A stretch of 64,000 bases of DNA from Tetramitus jugosus (GCA_937625935.1 OW569352.1:434001-498000); one strand, 5' to 3'; shown: positions 1-12,100, counted from the first letter of the stretch. The notes: generated from the sequence alone by a model not told the origin. Made by a program: numbers and translations.

Positions 1-269
1 AAAACTTGGTTAATATCTTTAAGAATTACTCTGAATCATTCATTCCGGATAAGTTTAGGGCAATGATCATAGCTCACTGCGTTTATGTTTTGGAAACTGA
101 GAACCGAAATTTGAGTGCAGATGATCTGACACTGCTGATGAGCGAACTTCAAGACGTGTGCATGCATCCTGTTTTGAACCAGAAGGAAGGCAAAACTCGC
201 GATTGCATAACAATGATGAGGCTCATTTTGAATGAAAAACTGGCGGAGGCTTTTCTGAGTAAAGTATAA
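1..269 (+). CDS. 3' end of an unidentified gene running in from the left edge (partial)
   Basis: Open frame from the window edge to TAA at 267-269; helical-looking sequence with no recognisable motif. Confidence 0.5.
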   Translation, partial: NLVNIFKNYSESFIPDKFRAMIIAHCVYVLETENRNLSADDLTLLMSELQDVCMHPVLNQKEGKTRDCITMMRLILNEKLAEAFLSKV

Positions 270-279
270 ATCGTATTTA

Positions 280-2946
280 TCAATTAGCGAAATTCTGGAG
301 TTTGGTTCCATAAACGTGATACCTCTTTGCATTTTCTTGTGTTCCTGCACAGGTAAACGACACTAAACAAATATCTAACTGAGCTTTTGCTTCCTTTGCA
401 CGTTTTAGTCGTTGCTTGATCACTTCGATGTACTTTGTCAGGGTTGCATCTTGCTCAATGCCCAGAAAATATCTCGCTTCTCTACCTTGCACATAGGCCA
501 CTAGGCGATTTTCGTCTTCCTGAATACACACTTGGAACAACAGATCAGAGTATTCAGATTGATCCGGGAAATAATAGTCACAGAAAGTAGCATGGCACCT
601 AAACTTGTGAGGAGTGGTGCTCTGACTTAACACTTGCTTGATTGGAGTGACAGGTGCATCACTGTAGCGCACAACTGACCAAGGTGATGGCTTTGATCTC
701 TTGGTGGCATTCTCAATCGCTTGCTCTGCCTGTTCTCTCTTTCGTTTCCTCTTCTTTTGCTTCTTATCGAATACTTGTTGCAGGTGCAATACATGGTAAT
801 AATCATCAGGTAACGCTACAATACTTGATTTGTCTCCTGATTTGATTTCATACACGAGCTCGTTATCATCAGTAGGTAATGTAGAGGTAAATGTGGTAAT
901 GTTACGCAGTTTGCACCATTTACCTGCTGTCAAGCGAGTTGGATTGTTCTTAATATAGGTCACCATCGATGTATTAGATACGATAACTGTGACTTCGGAA
1001 CCAAAGTAGGTGGGGTCTAAGCACTTCACTCGATCCTTCTTAAATTTTGTGCCATCACTGACAACCATTTCGATGCACCTATCATTCTGCAATCTCTTTA
1101 TGCGCACAATCTTTCCAACGACATCATACCATCCATGATGTTTAGGATCCTTCACGAGAGCGTCATTTACCTCCTTGAGAGACAATTGATACTGCAGTTT
1201 AGTACTGTAGATGGCTTCCATCTTCAACTTATCTGACAACAGAGCATTTCTGAAACGTCTGATCTCAGATATATGATTATTGTCAGAAGGTTCAAATGTG
1301 TTCTTGTTGGCACTTGTGCTCTCAACCGTGAGCGACTCTAAATCGCCCTCCGTTTCCTTGAACAGAACAAAGCTCGAAGTGTATTCAAATTTTCCTTCTT
1401 TCTCGTTCCTCCATGTTGACATTCTCAATCGATGGATACGTATCACCTGTCCCAGACACATTACCTCTGGAATCTTGTTTCTTCCTAGGATTCGAATGGT
1501 TAGAGGCATAGCATCCGCAGTGGTATCAACAGACTCATCTGTGAGCGTAAGACTAACTTGAAATTGATTATTCAGAGGCCGAATGTTCGTGTAATCGATC
1601 ACGACGCCATAAATGTTCGCAATGCCCGATGTAGGCAGGTGAGCAATCGGAGTATAAGTATACTTGGGTGGAGCGCTAATAGATCCACCAACAGTTGTTG
1701 TGCTTGCTCTGTTTGGAGGTGCCTGATCGCTACCACTTGCAACAGCGGTTGGGACAACAGTACTGGTTGCATTGGTAATAGTAGTGGTAGTAGTAGCAAC
1801 ACTTTCATTCGAGAGTGCTTGTAATGTCTTGGCATACTCTGTTGCAGTCATCAAATCACTTCCCACTGCATTTACTGCATCACTTGTTGTTTCACTTGTC
1901 GCTGACATCGATTCTGTTGTGTGTTTGTCGACATGAAGTACGGACGCTGCTCCGTTGGAAGAGCCATTCACTTCACTCACATTGTTCTCTTCACTCGTAT
2001 TGTCTTCACCGGTGGTATTCTTCTTCTGCCTAGTATGATGATCATTTTCAACAACTGAAGAAACATGATTGAATCGAACAAAAAACCGTCTTCCTCTGCG
2101 ATGACCATCCATATCATCATCGTCATCGTCATCATCATCATCATCATCATAGTACTCTTCCTTGACCGAAATTTCATTCTCTGGTAATTTTCGCTTCTTT
2201 TTGCTCACGTGCAACTGAATCACAGTATCTGACACTGCAACTAGTGAATAAGGATGATCACACTGCACTTTTTCATCCAATTCTTGCGATTCCATCAATT
2301 CCCCTTCATCATCATCATCATCAATATCACCATTATTATGATGATGACGATAAGGCACTGAAGCATGATCACTACTAGTATGATCATTTCTCATATCAAT
2401 CGTATTGCTCTGAACCACTTTGATATTTTCCAATGATTCCATCACGAGTTCACTAATCATATGATTGGATGATGATGATTTTGTTGTTTTCTCATCATTC
2501 GTACGAGTTGCAATGGTCTTCATTTGACTGGTCATATCCAAAGCAAACTCATCAAAAAAGTGAAGGAGAATGTCATTGGGACGAACAGATCGATTGTTAG
2601 CTATAGTAGCTGTGGTAGTAGCTGTTGATAAAGTCGTTAGTAGTGCTGATGATGATGATGATGATTGAGAGAGCTTGAGAACTAAATGATTGGATTTTAG
2701 GAGTAAGATGCCATCAATGGTGGCGTTTTGAATGGAACCGTGATTTTTACTTGTGAGAAGTGATTGAGCTCCTGTAATGTTTTGAATGAAAATGTTGTTG
2801 TTGTTGCTATGGGTGGTGCTAGTGGTGGATTGTTGATGTGGGATAGTAGTGTTGTTGTTGTTGTTATTTACATTTGATATTTCAGGAGATGAAGGAGGTG
2901 AGGGTGGTGGTTGATCTGGCTCTTGCTGTCGCTGATGATACACCAT
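280..2946 (-). CDS. POT1: POT1/TEBP-alpha-like telomere ssDNA-binding OB-fold protein with long low-complexity N-terminus
   Basis: OB1-like segment YTPIAHL..ANIYGVVIDY...LTLTDES...LGQVIRIHRL; second OB YDVVGKIV..VSDGT..GKWCKLRNI; basic NLS-like stretch; C-terminal TPIKQVL..PHKFRC. First ATG is at 2946 (the ORF track starts at a TTG). Confidence 0.8.
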   Translation of the reverse strand: MVYHQRQQEPDQPPPSPPSSPEISNVNNNNNNTTIPHQQSTTSTTHSNNNNIFIQNITGAQSLLTSKNHGSIQNATIDGILLLKSNHLVLKLSQSSSSSSALLTTLSTATTTATIANNRSVRPNDILLHFFDEFALDMTSQMKTIATRTNDEKTTKSSSSNHMISELVMESLENIKVVQSNTIDMRNDHTSSDHASVPYRHHHNNGDIDDDDDEGELMESQELDEKVQCDHPYSLVAVSDTVIQLHVSKKKRKLPENEISVKEEYYDDDDDDDDDDDDMDGHRRGRRFFVRFNHVSSVVENDHHTRQKKNTTGEDNTSEENNVSEVNGSSNGAASVLHVDKHTTESMSATSETTSDAVNAVGSDLMTATEYAKTLQALSNESVATTTTTITNATSTVVPTAVASGSDQAPPNRASTTTVGGSISAPPKYTYTPIAHLPTSGIANIYGVVIDYTNIRPLNNQFQVSLTLTDESVDTTADAMPLTIRILGRNKIPEVMCLGQVIRIHRLRMSTWRNEKEGKFEYTSSFVLFKETEGDLESLTVESTSANKNTFEPSDNNHISEIRRFRNALLSDKLKMEAIYSTKLQYQLSLKEVNDALVKDPKHHGWYDVVGKIVRIKRLQNDRCIEMVVSDGTKFKKDRVKCLDPTYFGSEVTVIVSNTSMVTYIKNNPTRLTAGKWCKLRNITTFTSTLPTDDNELVYEIKSGDKSSIVALPDDYYHVLHLQQVFDKKQKKRKRKREQAEQAIENATKRSKPSPWSVVRYSDAPVTPIKQVLSQSTTPHKFRCHATFCDYYFPDQSEYSDLLFQVCIQEDENRLVAYVQGREARYFLGIEQDATLTKYIEVIKQRLKRAKEAKAQLDICLVSFTCAGTQENAKRYHVYGTKLQNFAN

Positions 2947-3090
2947 GGTGTTTTGTATTGTTGGTGGTTTCGTTTGGCCGTTGTGAAAATTGCTTCCAGA
3001 ATTTGATGGAAGCAACTGACTCCGTCACTGTTTGCCCGACATTATTAAGGGATCAGCCATTCCTCAATCAAAAGTAATTTACTGGTTCAT

Positions 3091-4131
3091 CTAAGATTCA
3101 AAGAGCTTATCTGACGATTGTTGGTGCAGAAAGGTTCTAAGTTCGGCGATTCCCATGTCCCTAGTTTTAAATATTTGTGAGAGGTAGGTCATGTCAACCA
3201 TTGCATGCACAAAAGCACCAACAGATTCTCTTGCTCTGGACCGATTGAATAGTACGTTGGCATTGTTTGGATCACAACGTACAGCTTCATCATAGCACTC
3301 AAATGTCTTTGCCATGTTATCCGTCGTATAATAAACAATTCCCAGGTTGCTCCAAGCAACAGAATAGTTGGGGAGAAGCGAAAGACATGCTTCCAGGTCC
3401 GCACGAGCCCACTCGAGATGATTCATCTCGATGTAGACACTAGCGCGATTATTGAGAGCTGTAGCATACTTTTCCTTTAGCTCAATTGCTTGTGAAAAAT
3501 CACTGAGAGCTTCCTTGTTGAAACGCAGACACTTGTGAAAGTGACCCCTCAAGTTAAAGTACAGTGGATACAAATGAGCATACAACAGAGAAATTCTTCG
3601 ATTGTAATACAAGTCTTGAATCCGCTCTAGTGAACTCGTCACTTTTTGAACCAGCTGCATCGAGGGTGCCATGGTTCGCAAAATGGCAAACTCCAACACA
3701 AATCGAATGCACTGTCGTTCTATATCGTCTTCAAAATAGACTGTTTGACTCTTTTCTCCTGGAACATCTATTGACTTTAATTGAAGTTTTCTCTTATCTT
3801 CACCATCATCATCGTCATCATCACTCAAGTCTGTTGACTCTTGCCGATCGTCACTGCTATTCGTAGTGCTGCTTTTCTCATTCACAAAAAACTCCAATGA
3901 TTTTTCCAATTGTGCGACCACTTGTGCGCCTGTTGTCTCATCGTACGAGGCCCAAATATCCAGTGACCTCAGTTGCAGTATGTTAATGTCTGCTGTGCCA
4001 TCCATCATACCTGAGACTGCTTCCCAATAGACTCGCGTTTGCTTTGAGAATTGTTCCGAGTGAGGCAATCGTTTCGGCCTTGTTCTTGGCAAAAAATTGT
4101 GGTAATAGTTGGTGGTTGTTTGTTGCCTCAT
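3091..4131 (-). CDS. TPR-repeat protein
   Basis: About four C-terminal TPRs (ALNNRASVY, AWSNLGIVYY, VLFNRSRA). Confidence 0.8.
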   Translation of the reverse strand: MRQQTTTNYYHNFLPRTRPKRLPHSEQFSKQTRVYWEAVSGMMDGTADINILQLRSLDIWASYDETTGAQVVAQLEKSLEFFVNEKSSTTNSSDDRQESTDLSDDDDDDGEDKRKLQLKSIDVPGEKSQTVYFEDDIERQCIRFVLEFAILRTMAPSMQLVQKVTSSLERIQDLYYNRRISLLYAHLYPLYFNLRGHFHKCLRFNKEALSDFSQAIELKEKYATALNNRASVYIEMNHLEWARADLEACLSLLPNYSVAWSNLGIVYYTTDNMAKTFECYDEAVRCDPNNANVLFNRSRARESVGAFVHAMVDMTYLSQIFKTRDMGIAELRTFLHQQSSDKLFES

Positions 4132-4292
4132 GTTCTCTCTCTGTCCAGTATGGATGGTGTTGTTGTTTGTTGTGTTTTGTTGCTGTTGCTGTTGTTGCTA
4201 TTGTGTTTTTGCAGCTGATGAATGGTCTGACAGCGGGATAATAAGCAGCAGAAGGAATTACAGATTCTGGAGATGTCAAATGTTCAGTTTAT

Positions 4293-4964
4293 TTAGAAGT
4301 CTTCGTCTTCATCTGGTGGAAGAGGAAGTGCAGCAGCGTCTGCCAAATCCTGTTCGTACATTCTCATCATCTCCTCAGAGATGATAATGTCCGAGATGCC
4401 GATTGCTGGTTGACAAACGAGAACCAAGTCACTCTTACCGAGTAACTTTCTGCAAATGTACAACCAAGGCTTCTCGTAATTATAGTTGGACTTTGCGCTG
4501 ATATCATAGTATTGAATGTTCTTCTTTCTGTGGAAAGTAATCTGTTTGGGCTTCACCTTTCTGTCCTTGACATCGACCTTGTTTCCAGCAATAACAACCA
4601 CACTGTTCTCAGAGACTCTTGTAAAGTCAGAGTACCACTTTGGAACATGTTGGTAGGATGTTCTTGCAGTTACATCAAACATGACAATAGCTGCGTGAGC
4701 TCCAATGTAATAACCATCTCTCAAACCTCCAAATTTTTCTTGGCCGGCAGTATCCCAGACTTCGAAGTTAAATTTTCCATAATTTGTCCAGAATGGGATT
4801 CTATGCACTTGTGCACCGACAGTAGCTGTGTAATCTCTGATAAACTCACCTGACAAGTGGCGCTTGACGAACGTAGTCTTGCCTACACCTCCATCACCAA
4901 TTAGGACGACTTTGAAGGTGAATTCAGTAGTTGGGTGAGGATGTTCAATAGGTCTAACAATCAT
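4293..4964 (-). CDS. RAN: Ran GTPase (somewhat divergent)
   Basis: [42 protein letters not shown], acidic tail LPPDEDEDF. Confidence 0.96.
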   Translation of the reverse strand: MIVRPIEHPHPTTEFTFKVVLIGDGGVGKTTFVKRHLSGEFIRDYTATVGAQVHRIPFWTNYGKFNFEVWDTAGQEKFGGLRDGYYIGAHAAIVMFDVTARTSYQHVPKWYSDFTRVSENSVVVIAGNKVDVKDRKVKPKQITFHRKKNIQYYDISAKSNYNYEKPWLYICRKLLGKSDLVLVCQPAIGISDIIISEEMMRMYEQDLADAAALPLPPDEDEDF

Positions 4965-5307
4965 GTCTATGTTGTTCTGAGTCTTTTCTTGTTTTAATTG
5001 TTCTTGTTTACTTCATCGCTCAATGGAAACGAGTTCTTAAAGGGTTGGACTTTCAAAAATGTTATTGAAAAGTGTTTATTCCGATCTTTCAAGACAATTT
5101 TATATCCAAATTCTTGAATGGATCCCACAAATGATTTGGAGTCAATTACCCACTTGAACCAATCTTTACTCCTTCCAAGGTTACTCCATGCTCCTCAACC
5201 ATCTGAAGCTCAGGTAACCACACAAGAAGGAAGTTCAAGCTTTTCCATGAACCTACCAATCTCCGACATTACCAAAGAAAACTAAAGGAGAAAACACAAA
5301 AGAACGA

Positions 5308-6147
5308 ATGAAGAGACAACGATGCAACGACCTCTTGTCCATGGAAGAAAAGAGAAGAAAGACATCGAATGAGGACAACACTGAATCCTCGTCTTCATCA
5401 CAGACAACAACCAAGGACAACACTCCAATAATGCTACTGCGGCAACTCAACAAGCCCAAAATTGGCTCCTTTTCCGTCAATTCCTCACTGAAAGACATGG
5501 TGAAAAATTTTTTGCCTCAGATTGCATCTGCCAATGAAGAATTGGCATCATTACCTTCTGATGCCATTCACAGTATCGTCGAAGTAGTGGACCAAGAAGA
5601 AGAAGATGCAAAAAATCAACCAACAGAACAGCAGAGCAAGGAAAATGATGATTGTGTGACAAGGACCGAGAATGATTCTGATAATAATGATGATGATGCA
5701 GATGAAGATGAGGAAGAAGAAGAAGAAGCTTTTGCGCCTTATATTCAAATGAATTTGGCACTGGGTGTTTTTGAAGAACGAAAGAAGCAGAGATCATTGA
5801 TCATGGCATCAGATAATGATGATATCAATGAGAAGGAAAATGTAGATGATGATCATAGTGAGAATGAATCGGATGATGAACAACATGAGCTCATTCTTCC
5901 TGGATCACTATCGAGCAATAGTGTCATGGCACTGCGACAGAAGCGGAACGACGCAGAGAAGGAGAAGGCTGTAGATAACATCATGGACGCGCTATTATCG
6001 GGTACAAGTCTCATGCAAAAGCACAAGATTGGATCAGACGACAATAATAATGATGACGATGAGGAACAACAAGCAGAACTGAATCGACGGAGGAGAATGA
6101 TTGAACAATTGTTGTCATCGACGACATCTAGCGACTCGGAAGAATAA
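5308..6147 (+). CDS. NOPCHAP1/DUF4598-like protein (box C/D snoRNP assembly chaperone)
   Basis: Motifs VKNFLPQIASANEEL and PYIQMNLALGVFEE separated by an acidic linker. Confidence 0.7.
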   Translation: MKRQRCNDLLSMEEKRRKTSNEDNTESSSSSQTTTKDNTPIMLLRQLNKPKIGSFSVNSSLKDMVKNFLPQIASANEELASLPSDAIHSIVEVVDQEEEDAKNQPTEQQSKENDDCVTRTENDSDNNDDDADEDEEEEEEAFAPYIQMNLALGVFEERKKQRSLIMASDNDDINEKENVDDDHSENESDDEQHELILPGSLSSNSVMALRQKRNDAEKEKAVDNIMDALLSGTSLMQKHKIGSDDNNNDDDEEQQAELNRRRRMIEQLLSSTTSSDSEE

Positions 6148-6193
6148 AACAAATATGGAACAATTAATTGATGGTGGTGATATGTACTCAACT

Positions 6194-7960
6194 TTAGAGT
6201 CTCATTTTTATTGCATCGTTTCCACTGACTTTGTCTCCTTCCTTCTTCTTCTTCTTGTCTTTGCCTTCTGAGAACTGTCCGGATTTTTCTTGCATCAATT
6301 CGAAGAATCTCTTCGAGCTTGAGTAGTTTGTAGCATTTGGATCCACTTCCTTCGACTTCTTTACATTCTTTTCCTTGATTTGTTTCATGAGTTGGTCGTT
6401 CTTCTTCTTGTCACCGGCTGCAGATGGATTGATCATGTCAACTAGCTCCTTGGCCTTCTTTGCCTTCTTGGCCTGGTGATCCTTCACCTCTCTACGCTTT
6501 CTCTTCTTCTCTTGCTCTGTCCGTTCAACATTAGCCGTTGGCAGCTCTCTGACTGGTTTGATAATTTCTTGTGGAGCAACCTTTTCTTGAGCTTGAGATT
6601 TGGTAGTCTTGACATCGATTGGTTTGACCTTTGATCCATCTTCAATAGTTTCAAACTCTGCGATAGGTGGTGCCACATAGTTGAAGCTCGACAGTTTGTT
6701 CAGAGAGTACAGTGTGTTGGCCATCATACGTCTAATGTTGTTTCTCTCTTGGGCAATCTTAGGATCAGATTGACTCATATCGACATCAATGTCCTTACCT
6801 TCAACCTTCTTCAGATACATGTCTTCATAAATCTCAGCAAGCGACTTTTTGGATTTCTCGGCTTGCAAGTTGACTGCATTTCTTGCATTCTCTCTCTTGT
6901 CTTCCATGTCAGGCTTCTCTGGATCATCATAGATGCCAGAGACAATACGACTGATAATAATCGATTCCAAATCACGCGTAACTTCCTCAGTTATAATTGG
7001 TTTAATCTTTGCTTGATGATCAAACACCAAATCCTCTTCCAACAAGCTGTTGACTGGTCTGTCCTTTGCTGTTGACTCTCCCTTCTTTTGCCAATCTTTT
7101 TCCTTAACGTTCTCATGTTCCATTTTTTCAATCGTTTCCAACAATTGTTCTTGATGTCTCTGGAACATGGTCTTTGGCTTGCCATCATCCTCTTCTTCAT
7201 CATCGTCTTCATCATCATCAGACATGGAATCACCATACAACTCCTTTAGTGCTCTTCTAGAGTCCTCTGTCTCATTTTCATCAAATTCCTGATCGTCCAA
7301 CACATCCAAATCACCCTCCATTTGACTAATAAATTTGTTAATGTCCACTTCAGGCTTATAATCATTTTCAATGAGTTCATCATCATCATCCTTTTCTCTT
7401 GCTTCTTCTTCTTCATCGTCTTCTTCATCATCGTCTATTTCATTGGACATCATTCTCTTGAGGGCTCTCTCATCGACATTTTCTTCATCCTCTTCTTCAT
7501 CATATTCATTTGACAGTTCGTCATCTTCTTCATCAATATTGGATTGCAATAATTGAATTTGTTCCGATTCTTCACAAATTTCGTCCAATTTGTGACTCAA
7601 ATCACTCATTAATGGTTCGTGATAGGTCTGCAATTGTTGCCAAATTTGTTCTTCATCAAATCCCGATGTCAATAGCTTTGATATGCCATTCTTTGTTGGT
7701 TTTATTGATTTTTCTATTGATTGATGAACAGAAAAAAAATCAGTGTGAATAAAAAAAAGTTTCACATCCAATAAAAATCAAGATAATAAGGCATAGTACG
7801 TACGCAAAGAGTACAACTGAGATGTCAAGCTAAGAATCTCGTGGTGTAGTTCAGCATTTGGTTGATAAAACTCTTGAAGTGATTCATTATAGATGGAGTC
7901 AACAGCGTTGTGCACTGCATGCAATGTTTGCGTATTCTTCTTATTGGATAGGGTAGACAT
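6194..7960 (-). CDS. MPP10: U3 snoRNP protein Mpp10; 2 exons (7960-7804, 7713-6194), 558 aa
   Basis: GFDEEQIWQQL, KDWQKKGE..RPVNSLLEEDLVFD, KSKKSLAEIYE, SSSKRFF; GTACGT..ATAG intron 7803-7714 restores the frame. Confidence 0.92.
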
Positions 7961-8257
7961 TTGTGTTTCTCTCCTCTCTCTAGTTGTTTTTGTGTTGTCA
8001 GTGTTTCTTTGACGCTTTTTTGTTGGTGTGAAATTTTGTCGGCGCAATTCGTTTTTGTTCACGTTTTTTATTGAACGTCTTGAGACAAGTTTGACAAATC
8101 GTGATTGTTCACTGAGATCTTATTTCATTGACTATCATTCTCAGTGCCAAATCATATGGGAGACAACTTGTTTTGACCACAACAAGATACTCGTTTGTCA
8201 CATTTGGATTGAATTTTATTTCTCCGCATCTTGGCTGAAAAACAAGCTCAAAAAAAC

Positions 8258-8896
8258 ATGGATGAAAACAATAATGTTGCCTTGGAGCACAGCTACGCCA
8301 ATCTTTCAGGAGAAGATGAACTAAAATTCTTGGATCAAGATGTTTGGGTGTTCGGTTATGGATCTCTGATTTGGAAAGTCGATTTCGATTCTGTTGCCAA
8401 GTTCCCTGCGTACATCAGAGGATTCGAAAGAAGATTTGCTCAAAAGTCAGAGGACCATCGAGGAACTGTTGAATATCCAGGAAGAGTCGTTACACTGTTG
8501 GAAACTGGACTGAAGACGGATATTGTGTATGGAATGTGCTATTGCATTGAGGCAAGCAAAGTTAAATCGATTTTGGCACATTTGGACTTTCGGGAGAAGA
8601 ATGGATATGCGCGACACTATGTGCACGTGTATCATAGCCATACTCACGAAAAGTTCAAGTCACCCGTGTTGATCTATGTAGGTACGATGCAGAATCCACA
8701 ATTTGTAGACCCTAACTCAGAAACACTTGATGATGTCGCTCATGTAATTGCCACAGCTCATGGACCATCTGGCAAGAATAGTGAATATCTTTTCAATCTA
8801 GCTCATGCACTGGCAGAAATGAACGTCGTGGATGAGCACGTAGAGAAGCTTACACTCATGGTGAAACATAAAATGAGCAACAAGGCTCACCAGTAA
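8258..8896 (+). CDS. CHAC: ChaC-family glutathione-specific gamma-glutamylcyclotransferase
   Basis: WVFGYGSLIWK, SEDHRGT..PGRVVTL, LDFREKNGY, GPSGKNSEYL; first ATG at 8258. Confidence 0.95.
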   Translation: MDENNNVALEHSYANLSGEDELKFLDQDVWVFGYGSLIWKVDFDSVAKFPAYIRGFERRFAQKSEDHRGTVEYPGRVVTLLETGLKTDIVYGMCYCIEASKVKSILAHLDFREKNGYARHYVHVYHSHTHEKFKSPVLIYVGTMQNPQFVDPNSETLDDVAHVIATAHGPSGKNSEYLFNLAHALAEMNVVDEHVEKLTLMVKHKMSNKAHQ

Positions 8897-9119
8897 ACCT
8901 GAACTGAATTCTTCATACATCTCCAAAGCTTTTATTTACAGACTTATAATCCAACAAGCAAGTTGATACCAACCTCGGTAATTGCTAAGGCTTTCGGTTG
9001 GCAAGAAATTGGACCCAAGACCTTTTCAGGAACCGGAGAACTGCTCCCGAACTTGTGACATCCGACTTCTGTCGCGCAGAAGAAAAAAACACAACAATTG
9101 GAACACAGCAAACAAGACA

Positions 9120-12100
9120 ATGACACAGACTGTTGACACTGTTGTTCGATCATCATCCTCAACTTCAACAACTGTCAAACCTCCTTCGCAAACCAACTCC
9201 CCAACCACTATTCCACCTGACAATACTCACTCGGCACTCACAGTCGAGTCTCAATCGGAACACTATCCATTTCGGTTGTTGTTGTCAACCGAGGAGGAAG
9301 AAGAAGGAGGAGGACATGTAGTACTACAAGTAGGACAAATACCACACGCAGAAGAAACAGTAACATTATCATTGAATCATGACAACACTACTGCTGAGTT
9401 TGTCCATAACAATCATCATCAGCATAACAACAATAGTCATCATGAACCATTGATGATATCGCCAGATGCTGCAAGAATCACAAACATGATTGATGTGTCG
9501 CATGTTGTGAGTACCAGACAATCTCCACTGCAACAACAGCAACAGTCTCCACCAATTATACTGCAAGAAGCAACGACCAGCAATAGTCCGTCCATTGTAG
9601 TGCAATCTCAGCTACCGCCACAGCAACAGCAACAGCAACAACAAGCATCGGTCAATGTGATTGAGCGAGGTACGAATCGAAAGCGAAACCACGAGCGAGT
9701 ACTAAGTGACTTGTTGCATCATTTTAATGAGAGTGATATGGAGAGTGAGGAATTTCGAAAAAAGTTTGGAATATCCAGTACTAGAATTACAAAATTTTCT
9801 GCACTCAATAGTCAACATTTTCTGTTTAGTGGTAATAGTGCCATGATGGGAGGTGGTAGTGTTGGTGGTGGTAGTAGGAGTACAAATAGAACTTATTCTT
9901 CATCGTTTTATGATAGTACAATGACTGATTGTGATGAAGAAGAAGAGGACGATGAAGATGAGTATGAGGAGGAGGACTATGAAGATGAGTGTGATGTTGA
10001 AGCGAATCTTGCGAATGAAAGTGTCCCACACATTAATTTTGATGAAGATGAAGACAATGAGGAAGTGGAAGAGGAGGAAGAAGATGATGTGGATGATGAA
10101 ATTGTGGAGGATTTAGAGGACAATACAAATGTCGATGGACTAGTACCTGAACAGAAGGTTACTGTATCCAGCGCTGTTGTCAACCAACGAGAAACTGGCA
10201 ATGGAGGAACGACAAGAATTCCAAACACGCTTAACTCCAGAGCGAATCGAAACTCGAACCAAGTTCCAAGAGATCAACTAACAATGGTTGTGATTCACAA
10301 ACCATTTGAGTTGATTAGAAAGGAATCACCTCATCCACAACAAAACAACGTCATGGGCAACGAAGCCAACGGTTTCATCAAAATACTGGAGCGATCGAAG
10401 CTGAAACTGAGTAGTATTGAACCTCAGACAAGGTTAAGACCACTGAGAGTGAAGGCCTCTAAAAAGAACAGTGTCATTGAGTACGATGAAGAAGAATTTG
10501 ATATCCATGAAAAACTTAGGCAATACTACTATCACTACTATGCCAATGTGTATGCCGATAGGTTCATGTACAGTGCTGAACAAATGCAATCTACCATCCA
10601 TACACCATCTCAGAACAATACGATCATTCGCAACTTGCTACGACCACACACGGATCAACACCGCCGAGTCAAAGTTATTTCTCAATATGTCTTTAATCCT
10701 AACATTGTTGAAAACTATAAGAAGCAAACCATGAAGTGGATAACAGGGATAGCAGAGCATCCTCACATTGTTCGCTATCTTGATTTCGAAGTCGATTACG
10801 TGGTCAACACAGCTTATAATGAGAGCTATTACGTATTTTGGATTATCGTGGAAGATTTACTAGAATCGATGATGACAAAGTTTTTGGCATCCAGCCGAGA
10901 AAGCGGTGGTAAGTGCTTTGTATACACAATGTTGCTTGACTGGATGATTCAGTTGGCAAGTGCTTTGTCTCATTTGCACAATCATGATGTGTTGCATGGT
11001 AATTTACAAATGGATGCCATCTTCGTCAAGAACAATTTAATTAAGTTGGGTAATTTCCAATTCATGCCAAACAATCCACTCGAGACTCAAGCTTCAAATC
11101 AACCTTTCTCAGATGAAGATCTTCGAGTTCCTCATCCCAAGATTAATCGACCACCGTTGCCAAGGGATACCACCGATTTTGAAGGGGATTGGTCTTATGA
11201 TAAGCGATCTGAAGTGTTTAGCTTTGGTGTGTTACTCCTATCGATATGTACTCTCAGGAAATCTGTTGCTCCTCTCGTCAGTGCCTTTTGGAATCGAGAC
11301 ACTGTGTATATTAGTCAAGTTTATAATTGTGTGAAGCAGAATTATACAAAACAATTGGAAGGTGTGCTTAGTAGATGTTGTGAAATGGATCCCTCAAAGA
11401 GACCCACGATGGCCGAACTAGTTGTTAATTTAGAACACCTCAAAACTCTATATTCCAGCAATAGATCGAAGTCTAAATCCAAATCTTCAACGAGTTTCGT
11501 TGATAAGATAAAGCAGGATATGTTCGAAGCTGAGTATGGCGATATGTCATCATATCTATCGTATGATATGGCCGGTTCTTCCACATCTGAGACGAAACAG
11601 AACCGGAAATTAGCTGTACCTTTACCAATTTGTGCTCCAGATGGTCCTGCTTATGCCTCAACTTTGCTCGGATGCGGTAAAACTGTCAAAAATTATGTGA
11701 TGGAGAAGTACGGGAAGAATCGGTATGCCATCTCGCGTGTTGGTAAACAAGGTAACAAGAGCTTTTTGAAAATTAAGATTGTGAAAGCTTCAAAGGCAAT
11801 GTCTTTCAAAGGCAAACCCCAAGACAATAATGACTCAATGAACGCATCTACTATATCGAGTAGTTTACAGGCTACTAGGGAGTTTGAACTCCTACAAATG
11901 AGATCATCGATTCAAAACTATGAAGTCGATGAATTGATTAACGCTGGAAGCCAGGGTCGCGTATACCTAGCTCGAGAGAAAAAGACGAACAAATTCTGTG
12001 CGATTAAACGAATTGAACTAAAGGATCACCGAAGTATTCATACTGCCGGTAGAGAAATATCGATCATGTATGATATGGCCGAGAAGAATGCTGGATTTAT

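Noticed and set aside
5131-5206. ATGATT...CTGA as a box C/D snoRNA next to NOPCHAP1
   Set aside because: Imperfect C box, no terminal stem and no recognisable rRNA guide
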